A stretch of 64,000 bases of DNA from Trypanosoma brucei (taxonomy: Eukaryota), in NCBI GenBank assembly GCA_000002445.1, contig CP000070.1, positions 384,001 to 448,000 on the forward strand. The letters are read 5' to 3'. How positions within the stretch are numbered: position 1 is the first letter of the stretch; every line of letters begins with the position of its first letter. The notes under the pieces were generated by a model. The model searched no databases. It saw nothing but the letters and a program-made list of their open reading frames with translations, and had not been told where the DNA came from. The translations under genes were made by a program, and so were the position numbers. Of the stretch, positions 23,232 through 34,175 are shown in pieces.

Positions 23232-24134
23232 ATGTCACTTAAAGCGAAGATCGACGTCTTCCCCTTTGACGGTTATCTGCTGCAGGATCCTTCGGTGGTC
23301 AGTGTTATGCAGGCAGTTGTGCGGGGAAACAAGACAGGAGGCACCGGTGTTGGAAACAGCGGCGGCGCGAGTGGCAACGAAACCGGCAGTGGTGGTGTGG
23401 GAGGTGGTAACGCAAACAAACGACGTGAGGCGGGCGGCGGGACAACAAATTCTGAACGGCGCATAAAAACACCATTGGAGAAGCTCATGAGCCTCAGGGC
23501 ACGGTGCCGAGAGCAGCAGCGCGTCCAGTCAGTTGAAGGCGTACTACTTGTGCATGCGCACGACCATCCTCACGTGTTACTTCTAAGACACAACGTTAAA
23601 ACAACGAATCGCTCGCGCGTATTACCTGCGACGAACACAAACAGTACCGCCGTGTATCGGCTTCCCGGTGGACGGTGCAGGAATGGGGAACCGGAGGAGC
23701 TGTGCCTTCTCCGCAAACTAGGAAGGGATCTTCTCAACGAATCAAAACGTTTGACTTCGTCCTCTACAGCGGAGGAGGAACGGAGTGAAGTGGTGGTTGA
23801 TGTCGGTAGCGCACATCCCAATGGCACCGCTGTTACTGCTTCATCATCTTCATTTCGAGTGGGTGAAGTGTTGGCGCGGTGGTATAGACCACACTTTGAT
23901 CCCTTGATGTATCCGTACGTTCCGGCTCACGTTGCGGAGAATGATGTAAGGGAAGTACGCACCATTTTTCTCGTTCACATGCCACCCCGCATGCTGCTGA
24001 CGGGAACGTACGGAGATGAGGAACTTGTGGCCGCTCCATTGTTCGATCTCTACGACAATACGGCGAAGTATGGCGTGTTAATTGCCTCTATTCCAACACT
24101 TCTTTCTCGTGTAAACATAAACTATTGCAGGTAA
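23232..24134 (+). CDS. CFIm25/CPSF5 (NUDT21)-like cleavage-factor subunit, Nudix fold
   Basis: VEGVLLVHAHDHPHVLLLRH...YRLPGGRCRNGEPEELCLLRKLGRDL aligns with the human CFIm25 core [21 protein letters not shown]...[21 protein letters not shown]. The N-terminus carries a Gly/Asn-rich low-complexity insertion. Confidence 0.6.
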   Translation: MSLKAKIDVFPFDGYLLQDPSVVSVMQAVVRGNKTGGTGVGNSGGASGNETGSGGVGGGNANKRREAGGGTTNSERRIKTPLEKLMSLRARCREQQRVQSVEGVLLVHAHDHPHVLLLRHNVKTTNRSRVLPATNTNSTAVYRLPGGRCRNGEPEELCLLRKLGRDLLNESKRLTSSSTAEEERSEVVVDVGSAHPNGTAVTASSSSFRVGEVLARWYRPHFDPLMYPYVPAHVAENDVREVRTIFLVHMPPRMLLTGTYGDEELVAAPLFDLYDNTAKYGVLIASIPTLLSRVNINYCR

Positions 24135-24580
24135 CGTTGGCGCGAATGGGCCATTTTTGTGTAATTTGTCTAATAGCTGCAATGGTGAGGTTTTCTTATG
24201 CGCACGCGAGCTCGAAGTGGGAAGCTACAGTCATTTGTTGCGGCGGGCGGTCCGTTTCACCATCGCGTGGTTTATATCCTCCTATCACTCCCCTCCTTTC
24301 TTTCTTTTTACTACCTCGTTCCTTATACCTGAATGAATTTAGTGAGCTTTCCCGTAGTGATACATAACAAAATTATTCGCTCCTGCTTCAGTCATATATT
24401 TGTACTTAAGAAAACAAATAACCAAGAGGGAAAGGGGAGATAAAGCAGGCGCGGGTGAAAGTGTTGGCCACCGTTATTTGTTGTTGTTGAGTAGTGTTGT
24501 CCAAAATATAGTTCACCCGGCTGCGATTCCCTTTAAGGTTTCCATCGCGCGAACTGGCGTGTGCCAGGTGTTAATATTGA

Positions 24581-25177
24581 ATGGGTCAGAAGCCGTCCAT
24601 CACAACTTTGCTCCGTCAGTGTATATATAATCAGGACACCGACGGTTTTCGAGCACTTATCGGTGAGCACGAGAACGAATTAATACCCGGCTGTCTTGAG
24701 GACAATATTTTTGTTGAGGTAATAACGAAGAAATGTGAACCGGAGATTGTTGACACTGTAGTGAAATTGGCAAACGAGAATCAGCTTGCATCGTTGGTTG
24801 CTACGGCCGTTCTCTATGATCATTCGCTACCACTGGGGCCTCTCTTCGGCATGATGAAGGAACGTGAGCGCACAATAGAGGAACACCAACTGAAGTATCT
24901 TTTCCTTACACTCTGCGAGCGAGGTCGGACGGAGGCAGTTCGTGTATTTGTAGAGAACAAGTGTTATGACCCTTCTGATCCACGCCCCCTCCGGGCTGTG
25001 GTACGCGGGCAACTGAAGAATCCCAACGTGGATACCGACTTACTTATGTTAGTTCTCTCCAGTCATGCACCACAGCCGGATGACGTTAAGTGTCTCATCG
25101 AAACCTATCTTGCCGAAGCAGAAAACGGTGATGTGCGCAAAGTCGTTGAAAAGTGCTTGGTAGGTTTCCACCAATAG
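24581..25177 (+). CDS. hypothetical protein (198 aa) with an N-terminal MGxxxS myristoylation-type motif
   Basis: ATG-initiated ORF beginning MGQKPSIT (Gly2, Ser6). No domain recognised. Confidence 0.4.
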   Translation: MGQKPSITTLLRQCIYNQDTDGFRALIGEHENELIPGCLEDNIFVEVITKKCEPEIVDTVVKLANENQLASLVATAVLYDHSLPLGPLFGMMKERERTIEEHQLKYLFLTLCERGRTEAVRVFVENKCYDPSDPRPLRAVVRGQLKNPNVDTDLLMLVLSSHAPQPDDVKCLIETYLAEAENGDVRKVVEKCLVGFHQ

Positions 25178-25617
25178 CGTTATATTTATTTATTTTTTTC
25201 GCTCAATTTAACCGAGTGAAACACAGGGCGTTTCCTACCTTTTCTCTCATCGTGTTGGGTTTGCCACCACTTTTCACGTGTTTGCCCACGCGACGATACT
25301 AAAACATAAAATTTTCACCTCGCGCATTTAGTGAATACGCGCGGATTCGTAGTCTTTTCTCTGACAACCCATGCCAAGGTAATGTTGGCCCCAACTTTTT
25401 GGTATGCCATCATTTCTTTCTTTTTTTTTTGTATAAAAAAAACCTTTTCCTACGACGTGATAATCATGCATCACGCTGTATCATCCATTTCCCTACATGT
25501 GTTGTTGCTTTTATTGTTGTTGATAACTCTGTAATTTCTTTTTCCGTGCGTTCCTTTTTTTTTTTGCGCCTGCTCACGACAGGCCGGACTACTGTGATAG
25601 GACGCCATTGATATCGC

Positions 25618-27348
25618 ATGAGACGCTGCATCCCTGCATCTGTGCTTCGTCGAGTTCTGCTGCTGCAAACGCGACTTGTGTCTACGAATACGCAAACGCC
25701 ACCATCAGGTTGTGCAACAAAAATACAGAATGAATCACCGATGAACGGTTCATTTAATTTGCCGCGTGAGCGACAGATCCTCGGCGGGCTTCATGCGGAC
25801 TGGCGCACTCAAATGAAACGCTCCGGTTCTATTCTCAACGACATCACACCGGCACTCCCTGATACTAAGCGAACCGAGGAGCAGCGTCGTCGAGTTGCAG
25901 GGTGGAGGCCGGTGGTGAAACTACTGGGGGATCAGCGTTTGCGCATTGCCATTGTGGGGCGCATGAACAGCGGTAAGTCCTCGTTATTCAACCTGCTCCG
26001 CCTGGAACCCACCGTGCCTGGTCGTAGTAATGTTGTGCGTGACTTCGATGGCATAACTCGTGACTCGGTTGAGGGTCAGGCACAACTGGAAGGGATGCAT
26101 TTCACTATTATTGACACACCAGGAATGGTGCAGGGACGAATGGTTGAGGAGGCGTTTCGCACGGTGGAAACCGCCGATGCAGCAATCTTTGTGACCGCTG
26201 TTGATGAGGACATTATGCCTGAAGAATTAAGCCTTATGCAATATCTTCATCTCAAACATATGCCGGTGGTGTTGTTGGCTAACAAGATGGATCTCATACA
26301 GGAGGAAGAGGAAGAGGCGGTGCTCGACCGCTACAACTCGCTTGGATTTGGAAATGCCATCCCTTTCTCTGCAAGGCGTAAGTCGGGGCTGGAGATGCTT
26401 GCTGCTGTGCTAGAGCCGTTATATCATATCCACGCCATGCATAAGGTGGAAAATGATTGGGACATTGAAGATCTGGCAATGCAGGGTGATGAGAGTGCGA
26501 TGGAGGAGATTCGGGAACGAAATTGCAGCGATCGTTTTATCCGCATCGCCATCGTTGGAAGGACAAATAGTGGTAAGTCGAGTTTAGTAAACAGACTGGT
26601 GGGGTTTGAACGGAATCGAGCCGTAGATGAGAAAAATTCCACGCGCGATCCCGTGGAGCTGCCATGCAGTTACAAAGGTCGTAAGCTCAAGTTAATTGAC
26701 ACTGCTGGACTGGCACGCCATCGCTACCGTGCCGATCGTGATTTTATCGGACGTATTCACGGATTGTCTGTCAATGAGATTCGTTTTGCCCACGTTGTTA
26801 TTGTGGTGTTTGATGCAACGGAGGGTCATCCTAATAAGTACGACATGGCCGTCCTTCACTCCGTAGCCGCTGAGGGGAGACCTTTTCTATTGTGCGCAAA
26901 CAAATGGGACGCTGTACTGGATCAAAGCGCTACTGCGGAAGCCATTGACTTTAAGATTAAGCGACAAGTGCGGGAGGTAAAATATAGCAATGCGGTTGTG
27001 GTGTCCGCGCACACTGGGCTGAACCTTACTCTGCTGATGGACCAAGCACTCGAGTTATATGATAAATGGAATAAACGTGTTCGACGAGCGGAGCTGACTC
27101 GCCTTTGGAGGAAAATGGAAAAATCTGTTATCATTCCTTATCACGTGGCGCGGATTGGTCGAATAACGCAGGTAAATACGAGACCTCCAACGTTTCTCTT
27201 GCAGTTACAAACAAAAAATGATTCCAACACGTTACCAAAGGCTCTTCAGGAAATGATGAAGAACACACTTGTCGAGGAGTTTGACTTCCGCGGGGTACCG
27301 ATTCGACTAATACAGGAGGTAAAGGATTCCAACCCTGACTACATCTAA
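25618..27348 (+). CDS. double-GTPase EngA/Der-family protein, probably mitochondrial
   Basis: Two complete G-domains: IAIVGRMNSGKSSLFN / IIDTPGM / LANKMD, and IAIVGRTNSGKSSLVN / IDTAGL / CANKWD. A KH-like C-terminus follows. The N-terminus MRRCIPASVLRRVLLLQTRLVS looks like a mitochondrial presequence. Confidence 0.75.
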   Translation: MRRCIPASVLRRVLLLQTRLVSTNTQTPPSGCATKIQNESPMNGSFNLPRERQILGGLHADWRTQMKRSGSILNDITPALPDTKRTEEQRRRVAGWRPVVKLLGDQRLRIAIVGRMNSGKSSLFNLLRLEPTVPGRSNVVRDFDGITRDSVEGQAQLEGMHFTIIDTPGMVQGRMVEEAFRTVETADAAIFVTAVDEDIMPEELSLMQYLHLKHMPVVLLANKMDLIQEEEEEAVLDRYNSLGFGNAIPFSARRKSGLEMLAAVLEPLYHIHAMHKVENDWDIEDLAMQGDESAMEEIRERNCSDRFIRIAIVGRTNSGKSSLVNRLVGFERNRAVDEKNSTRDPVELPCSYKGRKLKLIDTAGLARHRYRADRDFIGRIHGLSVNEIRFAHVVIVVFDATEGHPNKYDMAVLHSVAAEGRPFLLCANKWDAVLDQSATAEAIDFKIKRQVREVKYSNAVVVSAHTGLNLTLLMDQALELYDKWNKRVRRAELTRLWRKMEKSVIIPYHVARIGRITQVNTRPPTFLLQLQTKNDSNTLPKALQEMMKNTLVEEFDFRGVPIRLIQEVKDSNPDYI

Positions 27349-28009
27349 TGCTTACAGGGAAGTCAACACTATAAAATGATAAGGAAGACGTTGGATGAAA
27401 TCGATATGTGATAAGTGCATCGAGGTCCTGCGTTGAATAAGTGGTGTTGCGGTATTTTTTGCGGCGGTTGGTGTGCGAAGCACACCGTGTTATGGAAAGT
27501 TGAAACTATATGGATACAGGTTCCTGGTTGTTTGCCAGCTACTTTATGCGTCGATTAACTCGACTTATGGGGAAGGAGTGCACGACGCTTTACGCGTTGT
27601 TGTGAATGCTCTCTTCTCTAGTCACAGTGCAGCCATCACGAATCGTTCGAAGCCCCCCCCGCCTTGGGTTTACGTGCGTGGCGTTTATCAACTGAGTGAG
27701 AAGAATTTTTTCTTTTACTTATCCTTATTTTGGAGAGGTCTTGGGAACTCTGGTACATATGTATAGATGCATGTATTTTTGTCTTCTGTGGATGACTTCC
27801 CTTTTTCCTCCTCCATTGTCTACGTTTGTTTTTTTGCGGTGAAATGTATTCATACGAGTGGTGTAGTTCCTCAACTAATCCCACCACGTCTCCGTGGGGC
27901 TTGGAAAAGAAAAACAACTAAGAGAGGGAGGGAGAGGGAAGAGATACAATTTTTTTTTCTTCGGGAAGAAGGAGGGGAAGAGGGGTGACACCGCTTAGAC
28001 ATTAGTTTC

Positions 28010-30250
28010 ATGGGCAAAAGACGGAGGTCCATCGGAGAATTGCCGGATGAAACGGGCTTCAACGGTGACAATAGAGGAGATATCGATGATGTGGAAGCGG
28101 GCGATGTGATGGAGCACATACTTGAAGAGGGGGAGGAAGAGATGGATGATGATTGTGAAGATGATGACGACGAACCAACTGGGACGGGATCATCTCCTCC
28201 GTCGTTAGGTGCGTATATTTGGGGTGAGGTGAGCATGGCTCTTTACGTATCCATGCTGAAACAACTCCACCATATTTGTGGTTGCATCGCAATACAACCT
28301 TCGTCGGAAGAACGACGGAAGCTGATTGCCAAGGCACGAACGCAAACGAAAGCATTATGGGACTTGGAAATGTTGAGCAGTGACTCGTCTGAACAGGAGG
28401 ATTTAGCTGAGTATTTTCATTCGCAGATAAGTAGCCTACTAGACAACGTTACCTCGCTTGCCGAGTCAGACATGAAGGCTGGTGAGCTGTGTCAAGCGTT
28501 CCTTCAAACACTAAACATGTTTGGATTCCCCGAAGAGGAGAATTTGGATGAGGTGCAGTTACAAGCTAACATTAGAAAAAGCGCCGAACTGCAGTGCTAT
28601 TCATACCAGCAGCGCACTTCTAATCAACTGAATGTATTGCGGAGATATGAGGGAGACCGACGTAGTGAGGATCAGTATTTGCAGCCGCGTGTTGGCCGTA
28701 TTGTACGCTTTCCCATTCCTCACCCCCATGAAGAGGTGAATACAAGAATTCAACTTATTGAACCAAAGCGACGGCGACCACCACTCGAGGAAAACCGCAT
28801 CTGCTCCCACCCAAAACGTGCAACAGCGTTTGGTATGGAGGACGTGCTTGTGGATGAGGAACTGCAGTTTCGCGCGCTTGTTATGCTCGGCCGCCACCTT
28901 GACACGTTCTGTTCCATCCAACATATCTCACCATATCTGCGCTTAACGGTATGGAACCTACTAGACCGCGACGAGGAGATTTTTGAGCGACTTTGTGAGG
29001 TCCCTAAAGGTGATGATGATACGGCTGTGCATCTCCAGCTTCTGACGGAATTGCGGCAGAGGGTAGCAAGGAAACGTATGGCGTTTGAATCCACCCGGGT
29101 TGGGGCCCGAGAGTGCGTGGCCCGTCTCACTTGGAGTGCAGTGAGTGCGCGATGGAGAGATCAGGTACTCTGTGCAGTGGAGGAAGTGGAGGATGCGGAT
29201 TGGTGTTTACTGCGTGACTCCGCCAAGGTGGGGACACGTGCCATCTTCCCCAACTATGCGGTCTGTTCGGCTGTAAGGGATATTGCGCTGAAAGCTCTGC
29301 GTCGTGTGCGAGACGGGACAATTGACTGTGGCGGCATTGACGACGCGGCAGACTGTTATGAGGTGATTGCCCGTGTGTTGGTGCCAATACTCGAGGGAGG
29401 ACAGCCGATGTTTCCCATGGACGACACATCCGATAGTGACGGGGAACGGGAGAGAGAAGCATGTAGGAAGAAGGAACCGAGGGGGAAAGCACAACGGCCA
29501 TTCCATTATGGTGAGCTGTGCCAACGTTTCGCCACACTCATGTCGAGAGGCGAGGATGCGGAACTGACTGACACGAAAGTTGCACGTAGCGTACGGTGGA
29601 ATCTTAACTGCGAGACATTGCTGGCGGAAGAGGGCGTCGTTTGTACCTTTCTTACCGGTATGTTCGTTTGGCCCCTTCAATGCTTGGCGTCATTTCTGGA
29701 GTTGGTTGCTGCGGGGCGCCACTCTGTTGATGGGTTGCGGAAGTTCTCGGCCGCATTTATTCCATCTAACTGGAGTGACGAGAGGGGGGTATTGGAATAC
29801 CTTTTGAGGCGCGAACCCACAAACTTACCGCTGACAGCCTTTGTTGCCTTCCCTCGTCTCATCAGGGACGTATATATCTCTGCTCGCTGGCTCCTTAACG
29901 ACAAGTGCTTTGCGGCTGTAGTGGCTTGCCGGCGTGAAGCGTGTAAATTACCCTCTAATAAACCTGCAATCAACTTTATACAGTGGAAGGCTCTCTCCAG
30001 TGTACTTGCTGAGGTCGGCTATAAGGATGAACTATTAGCACTAACTGTACGCGGTGCTCTACCTTCTGATGCAGACGAGGGGAAACTGTGGAGTGTGGCG
30101 GAGTTGCAACACACTGTGAGGGCATGGATCGACGGTGTCGAACTGATGTTGCTAGCCGAAAAAAGTGCCATGGTCAGCGGAGCTACCTCGGCAACAGGGA
30201 CGGCGTTTGTGGTTGGTAGGAGTGACAGCAAGAGTGACGGCGAAGGATAG
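28010..30250 (+). CDS. hypothetical protein (746 aa) with a highly acidic N-terminal region
   Basis: ATG-initiated long ORF. N-terminal EEGEEEMDDDCEDDDDE. No recognisable domain. Confidence 0.5.
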   Translation: MGKRRRSIGELPDETGFNGDNRGDIDDVEAGDVMEHILEEGEEEMDDDCEDDDDEPTGTGSSPPSLGAYIWGEVSMALYVSMLKQLHHICGCIAIQPSSEERRKLIAKARTQTKALWDLEMLSSDSSEQEDLAEYFHSQISSLLDNVTSLAESDMKAGELCQAFLQTLNMFGFPEEENLDEVQLQANIRKSAELQCYSYQQRTSNQLNVLRRYEGDRRSEDQYLQPRVGRIVRFPIPHPHEEVNTRIQLIEPKRRRPPLEENRICSHPKRATAFGMEDVLVDEELQFRALVMLGRHLDTFCSIQHISPYLRLTVWNLLDRDEEIFERLCEVPKGDDDTAVHLQLLTELRQRVARKRMAFESTRVGARECVARLTWSAVSARWRDQVLCAVEEVEDADWCLLRDSAKVGTRAIFPNYAVCSAVRDIALKALRRVRDGTIDCGGIDDAADCYEVIARVLVPILEGGQPMFPMDDTSDSDGEREREACRKKEPRGKAQRPFHYGELCQRFATLMSRGEDAELTDTKVARSVRWNLNCETLLAEEGVVCTFLTGMFVWPLQCLASFLELVAAGRHSVDGLRKFSAAFIPSNWSDERGVLEYLLRREPTNLPLTAFVAFPRLIRDVYISARWLLNDKCFAAVVACRREACKLPSNKPAINFIQWKALSSVLAEVGYKDELLALTVRGALPSDADEGKLWSVAELQHTVRAWIDGVELMLLAEKSAMVSGATSATGTAFVVGRSDSKSDGEG

Positions 30251-30452
30251 CTGATCCGCCGTACGATTCTTTGGGTTTGTCCATTCCTTACTGTCATTTA
30301 CTAAACTTGTGTCGGCATGCCTTCCAGAGCATTTCATTTCTGTCCCAACTGGTCATCTTTCCCCCATTCGCTCCTTTTCTTTTTCTGTTCATCGTCATTT
30401 TGATACCATTTTACCGCCCCCTTTCATTTCTGCTTCGTGCTCCGTAGATCAT

Positions 30453-33400
30453 ATGGGGGGTAGAAACACGGGGGATGTTTCACTCTCGCAACTTAGTGAA
30501 GTAAGTGCAAAGGCAGAGGCATTAAGGGAGAATCTACGGAAGGCTCTGATCGACCACGCGCCAAGGTTTGAGGTGTGCGTCTTTGAATCCCTCATGTGTC
30601 TTCTTGACAACTTCTTGCAACCTCCTGCTTCTGATAACTTTTCTCACTCAGTTCGAGAGGATACAAACTATCTCATCGAACGGTATTACTTGCAAGAGGT
30701 CTTTGCAGCACTGTTACTACTTGTTGGTGAAGATGACTTGGATGGTGTGGAGGTGGCTGTTGGGAGTGCCCCCCATCGAGTGGCATCGGAAGTACCACAG
30801 TCTGCATTCTACGTTGACATTCACACAAGACGCTACTGTCGTGAACTGCTGCTTTACCTCTGCTTCTCGCGTGTGCATAAAAAGCGGCGCGTCGTACGTG
30901 CACTTTACCCGCTTCTTCTTAATGGCAGTACGAAGCAGAGTGGAGAAGTATCGCAAAATCACATTAGTGAAGGACTCTTTGCTTCCTCCAGGTTTAAATC
31001 GAGGAAGAAACTGGTTTCCGGCATACTTAACGGCATTGTACTCTCATTCCCCGATGGGATTAGGTCTGTAATTGACGTGTTACTACTCGATGACCGCGTG
31101 GACGACTCCATGAGCGTACATGCAGCTAAGCATATCGCGAGCCTCTTCACCATCAAACTGGACCATGCGTGGTTGTGTGGAGACCATTGGAAATCTGAGA
31201 AAGAGGAACAACAGGAAAATGAGCAGATTGTTACTGTTAGGTATTGCAAGAATATTTCACTGGAGGAGCAGATTCGCGCTCTTTCGTCGCAGTTGGTGGC
31301 GATTGCCGTCTGCCACGCTGCTGCGCCTTTGTTGGCTAAGGAAAAGGTGGCTCTCCCTGCTTTTTTACAGGGAAAGCAAAAACTGGAGAGGAACCTACTG
31401 GTGAAGCCCGAAACCCTGGAGGAACGTCTCCACATTTGCCTTGCGACAATACTGAACACCGTGTCGCAGTTACCGCTTCGCAGCGAGGACGAAACCTATT
31501 TTAAGCGTTGCTACAAGCGTTTTTATCTTTATAACAAGTATTTCTTTACCCCGGCTTTTCGCGCTCTCACTCTGCGCACCTCCGTGAATGCACCAAATAT
31601 TCCCGCCGCAAACACATCTGCGGTGGTCACTTGCGAGGGAACTTCTGGTAGTGGTGGCATTCCATCGAATGGTGCTGATGAGGTCGTAAAGGCTCTTAGT
31701 CGTTTTTGTGCGCTTGCTAAGGGCTCCACCCTCGGGCCTTCGTCTCTTGCGTTGCTTCTTGCCCTCCCTCCCGTTGCTCCCGGGCTGTTGGAGCTCGTGT
31801 TCGTTCAAGATTCGCTGCCGCCGCCGCATCGGTTCGCTCTGCAGCAGCTGCTGTCGGCTCTGTGGAAGGTTGAGGGGAAGTATGAAGAGATGGCACACAT
31901 ATTCGTGCGTGGTGCTCTGAGCCCTGTTCGTGGCTCCGTAACTATCGATCGAGTGTCCGGGTTTGTTGGTGTGGATCTGCGTACCGCTTCCCCCACTGTG
32001 AGACGCATACGTGGGCTACAAGAATTGGTAATGAGTGAGTCAACGCCGAGCGGGTTGTGTCGCGGCGTACTGCTTGCCGCCGCGGAGGAATGTCAGCAGC
32101 GTGCCGCGAAAGGTAATACATCCCCTGACGACTCATCTAACAGTAGGTGTGGTGGCACCGGTGGTTCAGACGTCGGTTTAAGACCTCAGCGCAGGGTCGT
32201 TAACTTCCTGTACTCCAACACAATTCACGACCAGGGAGAGGAGGAAGTGGGCAAGGAAATCTGTGATCGCACAGAAGAAATTACGTTGGTGCGCATGGTT
32301 GAGTGTATATGTTTAGGTACAAGCGCCGATGCTGTGTTCGGCGCCGAGATCACACTGGGTTGTGTGTGTGATGTTTTAGCCGTTGTAGCAACCATATCCT
32401 TTGTTTGCTGGCGTTGGACTGTGTTACTTATACCAAAAGTCTTTTGCAAAGATGTCGTCACTGCCGTGTTTGCGCAGCACGCAACAATTGCAGATCGCCG
32501 GAAGGCCGCTGAAGACTTACTGTTGCGCGGGGAGAGGCTCTTTTCAGTGTTAACGGCACTTCACGCGGCCGTAGATTCATCTTCAGATGACGTTTCCGCG
32601 GCTGCTGAGGGCTCTCTTGCAGCTGCTATGGAAGCATCACGGCAGTACAGTAGTAATGTCGGATGCGAGGGTCGTTGTGTGGATGACGATCACGACGCCA
32701 CTGGCAATACCGTTTCTTACAGTAGTGAGGACGAAGTACGTTCCACTTACCGTCGTCTGGCAGTGGAGGCGGAAAAGTGTCTTGAAACTCGGTCAACTGG
32801 CTCCCTCGTAGTACATTTACTCGCGCTCTCCCGTATGGCGGAGGACGAAGCTAGCAAAAGGCGGAATGCACCGTCTCACTACAGTGACAAGTTAGTGGGT
32901 GCTGTACAACCCGCATTACACGTACTCAGTCGTGTGTTAGCAGAGGTGGATGACGCATGCGCCGCCGTTGCCGCCATTAAAACCATGGTGTGGTGGGCCC
33001 TTGCACGGGCTGACTCGCCGGATTCGTCGTTTATTGGAAACCTCCTTATTTATCAATTGTCTCGTGACGTGCGCGGTAGGTCGTCGAAGTTCCCCTTGCA
33101 AGCATCAGTTGCTGCAACACCGGTCCAACTAGATCGAATGAAGGTTCGACTGCTTGATGTTTTGCTGGGTTTATGTGACTACGATACGGAGGGCCGCACA
33201 CTTCGAAACATCGATGACTACAGCCGGCAGATGTACGGTTACTCTCTGTACGATCTGTTGAGGGAGTTGTGTGGGCCAAGACACTCTGTGGCAGTGCAGG
33301 TGGCAGCATTGCACCTCGTTGGGCATTTTGTTATCGCGGTTGCGCCTCGTGTCTCTGTTGAATTGGCATGTGTACTCTGCAAAGACGTGTTTAGGCACAC

Positions 33401-33647
33401 GCCGCACGCTATGGCAAAAGCAGCTGCAGCCGCGATGTTAGTGTGTATTTCCTCTTCTCTGGAGGTATTTGGGGAGGGTAGTGTTGAACCGTTACTGCGT
33501 ATGGCTGATGCAATGCGAAATTATCGAGATGCCGCCGTGGAAAATACGGTGCATGAAGATGTGATTCGGAGGCACGGTGAGCGCATAAAGGGTCTGCTAG
33601 AAGAAAAACAATTCATGTTGCCAGTGCAGGAAATACGAGAGAGTTGA
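30453..33647 (+). CDS. hypothetical protein (about 1064 aa)
   Basis: Tracked ORF 30309 begins at GTG inside a polypyrimidine tract. The first in-frame ATG is 30453 (MGGRNTGDVSLSQLSEV), just after ...ctgcttcgtgctccgtag. No domain recognised. Confidence 0.5.
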   Translation: MGGRNTGDVSLSQLSEVSAKAEALRENLRKALIDHAPRFEVCVFESLMCLLDNFLQPPASDNFSHSVREDTNYLIERYYLQEVFAALLLLVGEDDLDGVEVAVGSAPHRVASEVPQSAFYVDIHTRRYCRELLLYLCFSRVHKKRRVVRALYPLLLNGSTKQSGEVSQNHISEGLFASSRFKSRKKLVSGILNGIVLSFPDGIRSVIDVLLLDDRVDDSMSVHAAKHIASLFTIKLDHAWLCGDHWKSEKEEQQENEQIVTVRYCKNISLEEQIRALSSQLVAIAVCHAAAPLLAKEKVALPAFLQGKQKLERNLLVKPETLEERLHICLATILNTVSQLPLRSEDETYFKRCYKRFYLYNKYFFTPAFRALTLRTSVNAPNIPAANTSAVVTCEGTSGSGGIPSNGADEVVKALSRFCALAKGSTLGPSSLALLLALPPVAPGLLELVFVQDSLPPPHRFALQQLLSALWKVEGKYEEMAHIFVRGALSPVRGSVTIDRVSGFVGVDLRTASPTVRRIRGLQELVMSESTPSGLCRGVLLAAAEECQQRAAKGNTSPDDSSNSRCGGTGGSDVGLRPQRRVVNFLYSNTIHDQGEEEVGKEICDRTEEITLVRMVECICLGTSADAVFGAEITLGCVCDVLAVVATISFVCWRWTVLLIPKVFCKDVVTAVFAQHATIADRRKAAEDLLLRGERLFSVLTALHAAVDSSSDDVSAAAEGSLAAAMEASRQYSSNVGCEGRCVDDDHDATGNTVSYSSEDEVRSTYRRLAVEAEKCLETRSTGSLVVHLLALSRMAEDEASKRRNAPSHYSDKLVGAVQPALHVLSRVLAEVDDACAAVAAIKTMVWWALARADSPDSSFIGNLLIYQLSRDVRGRSSKFPLQASVAATPVQLDRMKVRLLDVLLGLCDYDTEGRTLRNIDDYSRQMYGYSLYDLLRELCGPRHSVAVQVAALHLVGHFVIAVAPRVSVELACVLCKDVFRHTPHAMAKAAAAAMLVCISSSLEVFGEGSVEPLLRMADAMRNYRDAAVENTVHEDVIRRHGERIKGLLEEKQFMLPVQEIRES

Positions 33648-33871
33648 AGTGGGAGGATTATACCTCAGGACTTTCTGTCGGGGGAGTTGGAAATGGAATA
33701 ACGTATAAAGGGGTACCAAAATGGTGACCATGCATATTTTCGGCAATATTGTTGCATGTAATGGTTGTTGCGCGAAGTCTGGGACTCATAGGTGCCTCCC
33801 AGTACACCAAACGGCTGTTAATTCTCAATATCACATACACGTTGTTCACCCCTTACTTACAACCGGTAACC

Positions 33872-33898
<27 letters not shown>
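33872..33898. repeat. (TA)n microsatellite
   Basis: ctatatatatatatatatatatatatatat in the intergenic region before EIF4E6. Confidence 0.9.
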
Positions 33899-33902
<4 letters not shown>

Positions 33903-34175
33903 GTTTGTTTGTTTGTTTATTTGTTTTTTGAAATTCTTCTCTGGTGTCCTGTGTACTTTTTTTTTCGATTCTTTTAACTTTTTTCCCTTGGATGTTCCTG
34001 GCGCACATCAGTAAAACATTAACTACTGCAGTTGGTATAATATTGTAAGCGGGGATAAAGAACCGGGAATCAAAAGAAGGTATAGGAATAATAACAACGT
34101 TGAAAATAAGGTTAACAGTAAAGAAGAAGGGTTATTTAACAGAAAGGAGATAAAAAGGAAGAAAAAGAACGTAGG

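Noticed and set aside
28010-28030. MGKRRRS start of the 746-aa protein as a myristoylation site
   Set aside because: Lys at position 3 and the basic run do not fit the NMT consensus well. Not reported as a lipidation candidate.
33872-33898. Regularly repeating short units (TA, GT, CA, TTA tracts) considered as possible CRISPR-like arrays
   Set aside because: These are simple di- and trinucleotide microsatellites without unique spacers. The locus is eukaryotic. No cas-like genes are present.
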